DNA of 64,000 nt from a virus: the IMG/VR virus record IMGVR_UViG_3300005435_000020, positions 36,908-100,907 of that record. One strand, given 5' to 3'. Of the stretch, positions 55,241 through 63,678 are shown piece after piece (the stretch's first letter is position 1; every line of letters starts with the position of its first letter). The notes under the pieces are model-generated. The model made no database searches and was not told the DNA's origin. It was given only the letters and a program-made list of their open reading frames with translations. The position numbers and the translations under genes were made by a program.

Positions 55241-56002
55241 CTATTGTTCCTGATACGTAAGAACCAGATTCGGAAGCGCAATGGTCCCCGTCGTCGTCAC
55301 CGTCTGGTCCACACCAAACAAGAGACGCTGGAAAGCTCCATTTGCCGTGGCGGGAGCAGTGTTCTGCGTCGCTGCGCCAGCGACACTCGTGGTGTCGTAG
55401 TTGGCGGGGGTCGTCGTCATCGCGGCGTTATAGCCAGTGGGAACAGCGCCAGCAGTGCCGCCATTGGCGGGAGCCGCAGCACCTTGCACATACGACGAGT
55501 CGTTGGCAGTCTTCTGGAAGAGGTACATGCCACTCGGCATGCCAGACGCGATGGAAAGCTGTCGATTCGAGATGTTGGATTGGGGAGACGCGGCAGTGAC
55601 GATGCCCAAACCGACGACAATCTCTCGGGAGTAGGCGGTACCCGTAGACGTCGGGATTTGAATAGCCGTGGTGCCTGTGTTGGAATCATCGAGAGTGAGA
55701 CGGAAAGGAACCGCCACCACACCACCCGACGTGTAGGCACCGGGAGCCGCCATCGTCAGGGTAAACGTGGTCCCCGTGGCCGTCGTGACGGCGAAGGTGC
55801 CATTGACACCCGTAGCGCCGACAACACCTGAGATGGTGACATATTGGCCCGCAACCAACCCATGGTTGGAAGCTGTGGTGATGGTGGGGTTGGTGACATT
55901 CGTGACGTTGGTGATGCCGCCACCCACCGAGGTAGACAGGGGAGTGCCTACCTGGGATGCAGCAGCACCCGTATATCTGACTATCGTAGTAGTTGCAGCC
56001 AT
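55241..56002 (-). CDS. Structural protein with FCCH-like beta domain
   Basis: ITNVT...ITTASNHGLVAGQYVTISGVVG...NGTFAVT...TFTL. Confidence 0.7.
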   Translation of the reverse strand: MAATTTIVRYTGAAASQVGTPLSTSVGGGITNVTNVTNPTITTASNHGLVAGQYVTISGVVGATGVNGTFAVTTATGTTFTLTMAAPGAYTSGGVVAVPFRLTLDDSNTGTTAIQIPTSTGTAYSREIVVGLGIVTAASPQSNISNRQLSIASGMPSGMYLFQKTANDSSYVQGAAAPANGGTAGAVPTGYNAAMTTTPANYDTTSVAGAATQNTAPATANGAFQRLLFGVDQTVTTTGTIALPNLVLTYQEQ

Positions 56003-56051
56003 TGTTGTATCCGAAAAAGCGAGGAAGAGTCCTCAGTAAGTACAGTGCTAC

Positions 56052-56336
56052 TTAGGCCATGGTCAGCGGGATGGAGACGGAATCGGAGCCCACGGGGAGG
56101 CTGATGTTCTGCAATACCTGCCCCCTCACGGAGATGTTGAGGCTCTCATTGTCTCGGTGGGGGATAAACGGGAAGGTGACCTTCCCTTGTGCATCCGTCT
56201 TCACGACGTATTCTTCCTTCACCTCACCATCGAGGAGGAGTTGGAGTGTGATGGGGCAGAATGCCCAGAAGCCGCCAAACATCCTATTCAGGGTGATGGT
56301 GACCTGGATAGGCGTTACTTTTCCCTGTTGCAGCAT
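56052..56336 (-). CDS. Small Ig-like protein
   Basis: TGATG coupling; VKTDAQGKVTF. Confidence 0.6.
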   Translation of the reverse strand: MLQQGKVTPIQVTITLNRMFGGFWAFCPITLQLLLDGEVKEEYVVKTDAQGKVTFPFIPHRDNESLNISVRGQVLQNISLPVGSDSVSIPLTMA

Positions 56337-56545
56337 CAGTGTGCCGAATCCGCATTGACTGCCCACTCACGCTGGCGACGTCGTTGCTTTTTCCCTGCCT
56401 GCGTGAGTTGGGAGATCATCTCGCTATTGTTTGCGTAGTGTGTGTCACACACCGGGCAGATATACACGTTACGTTTGTGTAGAAACCTGACCTCTACACC
56501 TTCCAGGCAGTACTTGCAATAAAGCAAGGGAGCTTCGTGGGCCAT
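56336..56545 (-). CDS. Small Zn-ribbon protein
   Basis: CKYC...CPVC. Confidence 0.65.
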   Translation of the reverse strand: MAHEAPLLYCKYCLEGVEVRFLHKRNVYICPVCDTHYANNSEMISQLTQAGKKQRRRQREWAVNADSAH

Positions 56546-56731
56546 TTACTTCTTTCGTGAAGGTTGGGGCGTCGTTACTTTCGTGTTTGGTGTGTAGGAT
56601 TTGCGTGTGGTGTCGGGAGCACCCCGATTCGAGAGCCCTGGGACGCTGCCTGGGTAGTGGTTGTGGAGCAGTGGCTGGATGTCAGCGTCAGTCTCCGTGT
56701 TGCCAGGCTGTGGTGTCGGATCAATGTCCAT
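56546..56731 (-). CDS. Small Pro/Thr-rich disordered protein
   Basis: Strong SD ggagg plus ATG 56731. Confidence 0.6.
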   Translation of the reverse strand: MDIDPTPQPGNTETDADIQPLLHNHYPGSVPGLSNRGAPDTTRKSYTPNTKVTTPQPSRKK

Positions 56732-56766
56732 GGTGTACCTCCAACCCATACACCGCGACATGAATC

Positions 56767-56802
56767 AAAAAAGCCCTTTCTGGATTGCTCCAGAAAGGGC
56801 TT
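56767..56802 (-). terminator. Intrinsic terminator
   Basis: Minus strand aagccctttctgga-gcaa-tccagaaagggctt followed by a T-run. Confidence 0.92.
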
Positions 56803-56815
56803 GTGGTGAATAGGG

Positions 56816-57232
56816 TCAGAAACTCATCATATTGTCGGAATACTCTATTTTCTCATCGGGGGCGATGGCCTCTTCTTGCTTCTTGTTCCAGGCTTCCAAT
56901 TCGATGAGGTAGCGGTGCTCATCCCAAAACGGCACCCACTCCTTATAGCCTATCGACGGCTGATTATCCCACTCTAGCGTGTCGTCGTCTCGGAGCCTGA
57001 GGAGGGCTATGACGGGGTGGGGGCCATCGTCTCTGGCCTCCTCATAGATTCGGATTTCCCTCCCTGGCACCATGAGCTTGCGCCAGTTTTCGAGGCGGGA
57101 GCCTTCACCAAACTTGTCGAGGTTGTAAACGACAGGCCCACCGGCACCGGAGTCTTGGGTTGAGGTCAGTCGCAATTCTCCCTTGACAGTCCTGATACCC
57201 TTCGCTAGCGTAAACTCCGCATACTTCTGCAA
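56816..57232 (-). CDS. Hypothetical protein (moron-like unit)
   Basis: SD ggagg plus TTG; own promoter and terminator. Confidence 0.75.
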   Translation of the reverse strand: MQKYAEFTLAKGIRTVKGELRLTSTQDSGAGGPVVYNLDKFGEGSRLENWRKLMVPGREIRIYEEARDDGPHPVIALLRLRDDDTLEWDNQPSIGYKEWVPFWDEHRYLIELEAWNKKQEEAIAPDEKIEYSDNMMSF

Positions 57233-57398
57233 CGACAGGCACCCTCCAAGTTATGAAATTTGGGTTGAGATTTTACCCACACGCCACCAAAGGGTTACGA
57301 AACCTTAGGGCTTATGGCATACTAGATAGTCAGCCAATCCATCAAGATATGATATGAATCGCCACTATAAATTCTGCCTACACAACCACCACATATTT

Positions 57399-57407
57399 AG
57401 TATACCA
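57399..57407 (-). promoter_or_regulatory. Extended -10 promoter TGgTATACT
   Basis: In the AT-rich intergenic region 57240-57490. Confidence 0.55.
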
Positions 57408-57715
57408 TGTCCATGCGTAACGCGACGAGGCATCTCCCGTAGTTATATGTGGGGGTGTCAGCTCCGGCACCTAGAACAAATATTCTAAAGGATACCTCTC
57501 AGCGTTGTATGCCGACGAAGAAGAATCCCCCCTGAGTTCTTACTGCATCTCCGTCTGCCCAGCGGTGCAGTGCCTCGATACTGATGGGCAGACCCTCCAC
57601 CTCTGTCGGATTGTGGGCTGCCCCATTCATCAGAAACTCGATAAGGACAAGAAGGGAACCATCTCTTTCGACTTCCCCGGTGACCCGCCGGAAGACGCAA
57701 GCCCACCAAGAGACT

Positions 57716-58501
57716 TCAGGCCAGAGGCCAGCCAGCCGCCGTGAAGACCTGACGCCTCTCCTTGGCCTCAATTTGACTCGTCTTCCCTGTGTGCCAGTGG
57801 AGGACTATCCCGTTATCCAGCGGCAAATACGCATCGGTGCCGTTGGCCCACTCCGAATAGAGTGGGGGCGTGGGATTGAGTACATCATCCTGGCCATTCT
57901 GGACCCAGTTGCGATACATACGCATCCACGCCAATCCCAGTGCCGTAGGATTCCATTTGGCCCCAAAGGTCTCGAAATAGGCGATGCCAGCCTGTAAAAC
58001 GGAGTCCACAGTTTCCTTCTTCTTGGTGATCACAATAATGTAGTTACCGAGGGCATACTGGTTGACCTGATCCCAGGTCCACTTGTTCTCAACACCCTGC
58101 CACGGGTTATTGATAATCGCAAATGGTGTGTCGGCGTCTCCTCTGATAACCGTGAAATGCCCACCCGTCAGGGTGTCAAGATTCCAGTACCTCAAATAAA
58201 TTATCGGAAAAGAGTCATTATTCGCCTGCTTCACCGAGGCGGCGACGTCTTGAGGCTGCGCTATATAACAAGGCAGCCCCTTCCGACTCAAGAAGTCGGC
58301 AAGCTGGCTCACATAGGTATAGCCCTGATAATATGCATCGCCTGTTTCAGTGGTGATGATGTCCTCCACGGAATCGTCAAGCCCATAATAACGCAGGATC
58401 ATGAGCACAGACTCGGGGCCACACGAGTTGGCCCTATTTTGGGGATCATTGTCGTCAATAGGAGATAGTTGGTCTAGCAGTGGTATATCAAGAAGTGTCA
58501 T
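57716..58501 (-). CDS. Peptidase C39-like protein with C-terminal domain shared with the endolysin
   Basis: DQ...NSCGPESVLMIL (Cys), GGHFTVIRG (His), INNPW. Confidence 0.85.
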   Translation of the reverse strand: MTLLDIPLLDQLSPIDDNDPQNRANSCGPESVLMILRYYGLDDSVEDIITTETGDAYYQGYTYVSQLADFLSRKGLPCYIAQPQDVAASVKQANNDSFPIIYLRYWNLDTLTGGHFTVIRGDADTPFAIINNPWQGVENKWTWDQVNQYALGNYIIVITKKKETVDSVLQAGIAYFETFGAKWNPTALGLAWMRMYRNWVQNGQDDVLNPTPPLYSEWANGTDAYLPLDNGIVLHWHTGKTSQIEAKERRQVFTAAGWPLA

Positions 58502-58755
58502 TTGTCTAACGTATACGTCTCCCTGGGCTGCCGTGGCGTCTTGTAGTAGGACTTCTCCACAAGCTCCGTGTGGCGGGTGCCATACAGCGTCTTGATCAGG
58601 TCCAAGAGGTGCTGCACAGGCACCATGAATTGGGCTCCGTCTTGCTTCTGGAAGATGGCGAAGAGGGCACCGTATTCAGTCCTGTGCCAGTCCTGAATGT
58701 GCATCATGCCCCTCGCCTTCTTGGGCAATTCTTTCGTGTTATTCTCCATCTTCAT
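58498..58755 (-). CDS. Hypothetical protein
   Basis: ATGA coupling to the peptidase gene. Confidence 0.6.
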   Translation of the reverse strand: MKMENNTKELPKKARGMMHIQDWHRTEYGALFAIFQKQDGAQFMVPVQHLLDLIKTLYGTRHTELVEKSYYKTPRQPRETYTLDK

Positions 58756-59017
58756 ACTCGATGCTCATATCCGACACGGCATTGACGCCGTGGGGATCAC
58801 ACATATGATCCGGCGATTTCTTGAGTCCAAAGCCCTGGAAAGACGGTGCCTCCAAGGGCTCATCATTCTCAAGTTTGTCGTAGCACTCTGGGCACACCCC
58901 GAGTACCTGCGCCGCTATCAGGACAAGCTGCGGTGCCTTCCTGGTGAGGCTCCTCACCTCGCCGCAGACGGGACAGGAATAGTACTGGGGTAGCTCCGCG
59001 AAATTGAGGGTGGCCAC
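58739..59017 (-). CDS. Zn-finger protein
   Basis: CPVC...CPEC. Confidence 0.6.
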   Translation of the reverse strand: MATLNFAELPQYYSCPVCGEVRSLTRKAPQLVLIAAQVLGVCPECYDKLENDEPLEAPSFQGFGLKKSPDHMCDPHGVNAVSDMSIEYEDGE

Positions 59018-59020
59018 GTA

Positions 59021-60670
59021 TTAGTTGCTTTCTTCTGCCTGGGTTGGTGTGACGCCTGGCGGCGGGTAGGCTGCGAGTGTCACTAAGTCGTGTTGGTGCT
59101 GTTCCTTGGCCTTTGCGCCGCCTTTCTGCCCACCAGTCTTCTGCTTCGATTTGGTGGTGGCGTCTGCCGGTGTGTCGGGTGGTTCAGGTGCTTCCGGCGT
59201 GGCTCCGAGTTTGCCGAGACCTTCACCCTCGCCTTGCCCACTATTCGTCGGGAAGAGGGTGCCAAACTCCTTCAACTCAGCCAGTACCTGCTTCGCTTCG
59301 GCGTCGCTTTCCTCTTTCGACATCCCAAACTCACGCATCCTGATGGTCTGCTTCGATATGGCACCCATGGCGTTATAGTTCTGGTCCTTCATCGAGTTTC
59401 GGAATGCGCCGTCAGCGTAGCGCCAGTCTGTGTGGACGAAGGGCCTGGGGAAGATGATGTCGTAGGCGATGTTCATGTAGCCCTGCGCCAGGAGAGACCT
59501 GTCGATGATCTGACGGAGGCCCACTTCTATCTGCCGCTGCACATGCTGCGTGAATTTCGCCAAGGCGATGTCCTGAGGCGTCATATCACCCTGGCTTGCA
59601 TCCACGATGCCCACGGTGGCAGCGGGGACCCTATTGAAGAGCTTGCGGCGCAGGTAGACAACATCGGTGATGGTGCCGATGCCATTGAGTGTCGGGTCCA
59701 GCATCTGCAAGCTGTCGAGTTTGGGGTAATTCTTGCCGTCTGTGCCGGTGACGTAGCCTGTGGAGAGGAAATAGTCTTCATCAGGCTGCATCGGTGCCTG
59801 CTGCTCCGCACCCGATGCCGTCTTCTTCCTAGTAATACCTTTGATAAAGTCAGCCATCTTCTGGGTTGCGTCTTTGAGGCTCTTCCCTGTCATGTCTCGG
59901 AGCCACACAAGGCGTGGATAGGCCCTTGAAGCCCTCGCCACCACCATACCCTGCTCAAGCCAGTTGAGCTTCTTCCAGTCAAACCTAATTGTGTCAAGAA
60001 GGCTGCGTATCGAGTAGACGTGTTTCTTACTCGGGTAGAGCTTGAAGTGGACCATCTCGAAAGGCTGCCATCCCGCTATGACCTTACCTCCTGATGCCCT
60101 TTGCTGATAGGCGAGAGGATTGCCCTTGTCGTCGGTGCCTAGCTCAAAGTTGCCTTTGTTGTCCTTGCCGACAAACATATCCCTGACGATGTGGGGCTGG
60201 ATGCCACTGAGCCTGTCTTCCGAATCCCAGAGTAGCTCCACGAATTCGTCACCATACTTCAGGAGGTCCCTCGTGATGGGCCTCAACTCCTGGCGCAAAT
60301 CCGTCTCTTCCAGCATTGTCCTGACGACTTCTTTGGCCTTCGCGGGTGCAGACTTGAAGTCAATCTTGAAGCAGTCTGCCCTCAGGAGGATGTCGTCTTG
60401 GTTGGTGGGGTTCTCCTCGAAATTCAGCGCCTGGTCCACCACGGTATCGAGGATGATAGCGACGTCACCCGTGTCCATCTGGTCGAAGTCGTCGTAACGG
60501 CTGCGCCTATCCAGGGGCAAGCCGAAGGCTTCCTCCCAGCTACGCAATGTCGTGTGGGGGAAGGTGTCGCTTGCGCTGACGGCACCCTTCGTCTCCGTAT
60601 CCTGTTCTGCCTTCACGACAGCCATCTGCTGGCGAAACACTCTGCGGGAAAGTGCCTCAAAGATATTCAT
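59021..60670 (-). CDS. Portal protein, T4 gp20-like
   Basis: RDLLKYGDEF, MVHFK, WKKLNWLEQGMVVARASRAYPRLVW..D, EDYFL, ITDVVYLRRKLF..VP; follows the terminase. Confidence 0.88.
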   Translation of the reverse strand: MNIFEALSRRVFRQQMAVVKAEQDTETKGAVSASDTFPHTTLRSWEEAFGLPLDRRSRYDDFDQMDTGDVAIILDTVVDQALNFEENPTNQDDILLRADCFKIDFKSAPAKAKEVVRTMLEETDLRQELRPITRDLLKYGDEFVELLWDSEDRLSGIQPHIVRDMFVGKDNKGNFELGTDDKGNPLAYQQRASGGKVIAGWQPFEMVHFKLYPSKKHVYSIRSLLDTIRFDWKKLNWLEQGMVVARASRAYPRLVWLRDMTGKSLKDATQKMADFIKGITRKKTASGAEQQAPMQPDEDYFLSTGYVTGTDGKNYPKLDSLQMLDPTLNGIGTITDVVYLRRKLFNRVPAATVGIVDASQGDMTPQDIALAKFTQHVQRQIEVGLRQIIDRSLLAQGYMNIAYDIIFPRPFVHTDWRYADGAFRNSMKDQNYNAMGAISKQTIRMREFGMSKEESDAEAKQVLAELKEFGTLFPTNSGQGEGEGLGKLGATPEAPEPPDTPADATTKSKQKTGGQKGGAKAKEQHQHDLVTLAAYPPPGVTPTQAEESN

Positions 60671-60687
60671 GTTGTCTGGTTTTCTGG

Positions 60688-62331
60688 TTATACGAGGGCA
60701 GCGGCAAGCCGCGTGATCTCGTCTTCTTCGTCATCTCCGTAGGGAGAGAAGTCGATGTTGAGTTTGTCGCTCCCGGCGACATACAAGCCGGAGGCGCTGC
60801 GCCTCACCGTGAACACCATGCCATCGGGGGATTCCAGAGTCTCGGGGGATTCCTTGAGCAGAATCTCATTGATGGCGTGGTTTGCCAACGCGAGGGACAT
60901 CACGTAGTCAGTCTGGAGCTTCTTGTCCTCCCACTCGTAGTACACAAGCTGGTCCACGAGTTTAGGGATATGCGGAAACAGCACAGACGTGTCCTGAATG
61001 GCCATCTGCAACTCGATGAGGAGGTTCTCTTTCGCGGAGCCTCCGGCGAAGTTGTAGCCTTCGGCGTCGAGGTTGTAGGGCTCCTTCTGGAGGGCCTCTA
61101 ACGGGGCATCGCCCATGCCGGTGGAGTCAACCATCACGGGGCAATTGCCATACGACATGGCGAGGTTCTTGACCATATCGTAGATATTGGTCCAGGATGT
61201 GTTGGTCAACTCTCGATACGCGACGAGTTTGTGGGGTGGACCCATCTGCAAGACGATGGCTACGGTGGAGTCATGTTTCCTCGCCAAGTCAACGCCGACA
61301 ACGTAACGGAACCTCTTACTCGATTTCTTGACTTCGACAAGCTGCTCAACGTTGACGCCATCACCTACTGTAGAGTACTCGACGGTGTAATTCATCGGTA
61401 TCGGCAGGAGATGGCCATAGTTCTGGTTGACGGTACAACGCATCACGGCTTCTGCGGGGAAAACCGTCGCCATCTCCGCGAATCTGCCGTAGATGTTCTG
61501 CTCCACCCACGTCGGGGACATCGACTTCATCATACGACGGATATAGTCTTGCGAGACGTTGGGGTTCTCGAAGACTTCGCCGCGACGCGAGAAGTAGTAA
61601 CTATCCGTCGTCTGGCCCATCTGATAGAAGCGCCAGAACCAGTTTTTGCCGTTTGGTGAGGAGATCAAGTCGATTTTCCCTGCTTGATCCGCCATACGCA
61701 TCCTCAAGACGGCATCCATGATGGACTCGCCATCTAAATCGAAGGCTGCCTCGTCGTAATTCAGGAAGTTGAAGGTCTTGCCGAGGAGGAATTTGGCCCT
61801 GTGTGCCGTGGACCTTGCCCAGATATCGGAGAGTATCCTGTCGTGACCAGATGGCGCATTGGAGATGGTGATGCAAGGGAAGGGGGCACCGATAACCTTC
61901 ACGACAAACTGCCGGAAGCGTGGTGCCATCGTGGCGAGGCGGTGTGCATCATTCCACGCTAGCATCGCCTGGTCAAGGGACATCGCCACGTTGACGGCTT
62001 TGTAGGGCCTGGGCCTACCCAACGTGTCGAAGTTATATTGGTCTGGCCTGATCTGGTAGAATGCGTGGTGGAGGAGCTTCACTCCGGCTGCGAAGCTTTT
62101 TCCCCACCTATTGGCGCAGGAGAGGGCAGCTTCTCCCGCGTCTGACTTGATAATGCCGTCGTTGGTCTTCCTATCCCACCAGTCTCTCTGTCCTTGATGA
62201 GGCTCAACATCGAGGAAATCCTCAGCGAAATTCCCGATATTGTCGTAGCCCCTCTCAAGGCACTCCGAGATGATGCGGCGGTTGATCTGATTGGCTGGCT
62301 TCTTCGCGGCAGCCTGCGCCTTGATGCTCAC
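60688..62331 (-). CDS. terL: Terminase large subunit
   Basis: PHQGQ, Walker A NRWGKS, Walker B NYDEAA, ISSPNG.NWF, nuclease GVDLARKHDST ... DYVMSLALA. Confidence 0.95.
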   Translation of the reverse strand: MSIKAQAAAKKPANQINRRIISECLERGYDNIGNFAEDFLDVEPHQGQRDWWDRKTNDGIIKSDAGEAALSCANRWGKSFAAGVKLLHHAFYQIRPDQYNFDTLGRPRPYKAVNVAMSLDQAMLAWNDAHRLATMAPRFRQFVVKVIGAPFPCITISNAPSGHDRILSDIWARSTAHRAKFLLGKTFNFLNYDEAAFDLDGESIMDAVLRMRMADQAGKIDLISSPNGKNWFWRFYQMGQTTDSYYFSRRGEVFENPNVSQDYIRRMMKSMSPTWVEQNIYGRFAEMATVFPAEAVMRCTVNQNYGHLLPIPMNYTVEYSTVGDGVNVEQLVEVKKSSKRFRYVVGVDLARKHDSTVAIVLQMGPPHKLVAYRELTNTSWTNIYDMVKNLAMSYGNCPVMVDSTGMGDAPLEALQKEPYNLDAEGYNFAGGSAKENLLIELQMAIQDTSVLFPHIPKLVDQLVYYEWEDKKLQTDYVMSLALANHAINEILLKESPETLESPDGMVFTVRRSASGLYVAGSDKLNIDFSPYGDDEEDEITRLAAALV

Positions 62332-62948
62332 GCCTCTTCCCCGTCTTCGAGGGTAGGCGTGTAGATATCCTGTAGGGCATCACGAGGCGTGATGTCGATG
62401 ACCTTGGGCTTCGACTTCTGGCGTCGCTTCTTCTGGTACTCTTTCCATTCGTCTGCGACGGTATTCTCGTCTTGGAGCCCCTGCACATCCTTCAGGAGCC
62501 TCATCGCCACCACGAAATCCTTGCTTTGTATCTTCTCGGGGTGGCGCATCAGGGTTTCGTAGGCAACCTGCACAAAGCTCTTGAGGATTTTCATGGGGTC
62601 AATCATCTCGACGGGTGTGCTGTCGCTGCGACAAACCTCCCCATCTCGGATGATGTAGCCTTCGGTGTGCTGCTTGACCCTCTTCTTGTAGCGGCTCAGG
62701 TGGATGGTGGTCAGTTGGTTGGCGGGGTCCGGGTACTTCGCATTCAGCGCCTTGACAAGATTGACTGCGGTTTTGATGTAGACGCCATCAACCCTCGTCA
62801 CGCCGTTATTGATCCACTCCACAATCTCTTCGAGACCAGGGTGCATCTCCACTTTGGAGCCGTCGCTTTTCGGAAGGCTAGGAGATATCGGTGTCAGACT
62901 CGTCGGTGTCGTCGGTGTCATTGGTTTCGTCTTGGGTATAGGCGTCAT
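62328..62948 (-). CDS. Probable terminase small subunit
   Basis: Immediately upstream of terL with GTGA coupling; helical; start uncertain. Confidence 0.55.
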   Translation of the reverse strand: MTPIPKTKPMTPTTPTSLTPISPSLPKSDGSKVEMHPGLEEIVEWINNGVTRVDGVYIKTAVNLVKALNAKYPDPANQLTTIHLSRYKKRVKQHTEGYIIRDGEVCRSDSTPVEMIDPMKILKSFVQVAYETLMRHPEKIQSKDFVVAMRLLKDVQGLQDENTVADEWKEYQKKRRQKSKPKVIDITPRDALQDIYTPTLEDGEEA

Positions 62949-63258
62949 CCTCCGTGTGATCCTCTATGAAGGGCCTCATGTACTCTTCGTAGCTGATGAC
63001 GTCGGGGGTGATGCCTGCGGTTTTCAGTCGGTATATCCGCATCCTGCGTGACTTCTCCTTGCGGATCAGGTCACACATCCACGGCTTCTCTTTCTCGTCT
63101 TTGAACAGACGATAGCAGCGCATACATAGCTCATCAGGGAAGCTGCGCTGCTTATTGAGGCGAAGGGGCACTCCGCAATAAGAACAAGCATAAGGAATAT
63201 TATCAAGGTTGGCATTGATGGTGATGTATCCAATATCCGGCGAGGAGTCGGTGATGAT
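62878..63258 (-). CDS. Zn-finger protein, paralogue of 63376-63678; probable ATC start
   Basis: Extended frame IPYACSYCG...PDELCMRCY...PW...KEKSRRMR; AGGAG-N7-ATC. Confidence 0.7.
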   Translation of the reverse strand: MITDSSPDIGYITINANLDNIPYACSYCGVPLRLNKQRSFPDELCMRCYRLFKDEKEKPWMCDLIRKEKSRRMRIYRLKTAGITPDVISYEEYMRPFIEDHTEDDAYTQDETNDTDDTDESDTDIS

Positions 63259-63312
63259 TGGATGGCTCCTTTGGGTGTCGGCTTTGCTTGAAACTACAAC
63301 GATACGGCAGAC

Positions 63313-63345
63313 AAAAGAAAAGACCCCGGTTTGTTGCCGGGGTCT
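63313..63345 (-). terminator. Intrinsic terminator at the early/late boundary
   Basis: Minus strand agaccccgg-caacaaa-ccggggtct followed by tttctttt. Confidence 0.85.
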
Positions 63346-63375
63346 CTCGGGGTATAGCGGCGTATAGGCGAAGGC

Positions 63376-63678
63376 TTAGATAGCCTGAAACTCCTGTTGC
63401 CTGCACTCCTCATAACTGATCATGGGGATTGAGTCGGTCCTGCCGTTGCGCCGCCTCCACATCCTCATTCTTCTGGCTTTCTCCTGTCGGAACAGGAAGA
63501 GCAACCAAGGTTCCTGCTTCTGTGTCTCGTAGGAGTCGTAGCAACGTGTGCAGAGTTCATCGGGGATATTGCGACGCTGCCTGAAGGGAGGGACCGCCAC
63601 ACCGCAGCAGGCGCAGACATAGGGAATTTCCTCGGTAGGAGGCGTGTAGGCGTATCCCAGTATGGGGCCAAGCTTCAT
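63376..63678 (-). CDS. Zn-finger protein
   Basis: IPYVCACCG...PDELCTRCY...PW...QEKARRMR; ATGA coupling to thyX. Confidence 0.75.
   Translation of the reverse strand: MKLGPILGYAYTPPTEEIPYVCACCGVAVPPFRQRRNIPDELCTRCYDSYETQKQEPWLLFLFRQEKARRMRMWRRRNGRTDSIPMISYEECRQQEFQAI

Noticed and set aside
57280-57310. ggtttcgtaacc resembling a tRNA T-arm
   Set aside because: No cloverleaf could be built; no tRNA was recognised anywhere in the window by eye
57499-57771. Possible small minus-strand CDS after the C39 peptidase
   Set aside because: The 3' part looks protein-like but there is no convincing start or SD, so it is left uncalled
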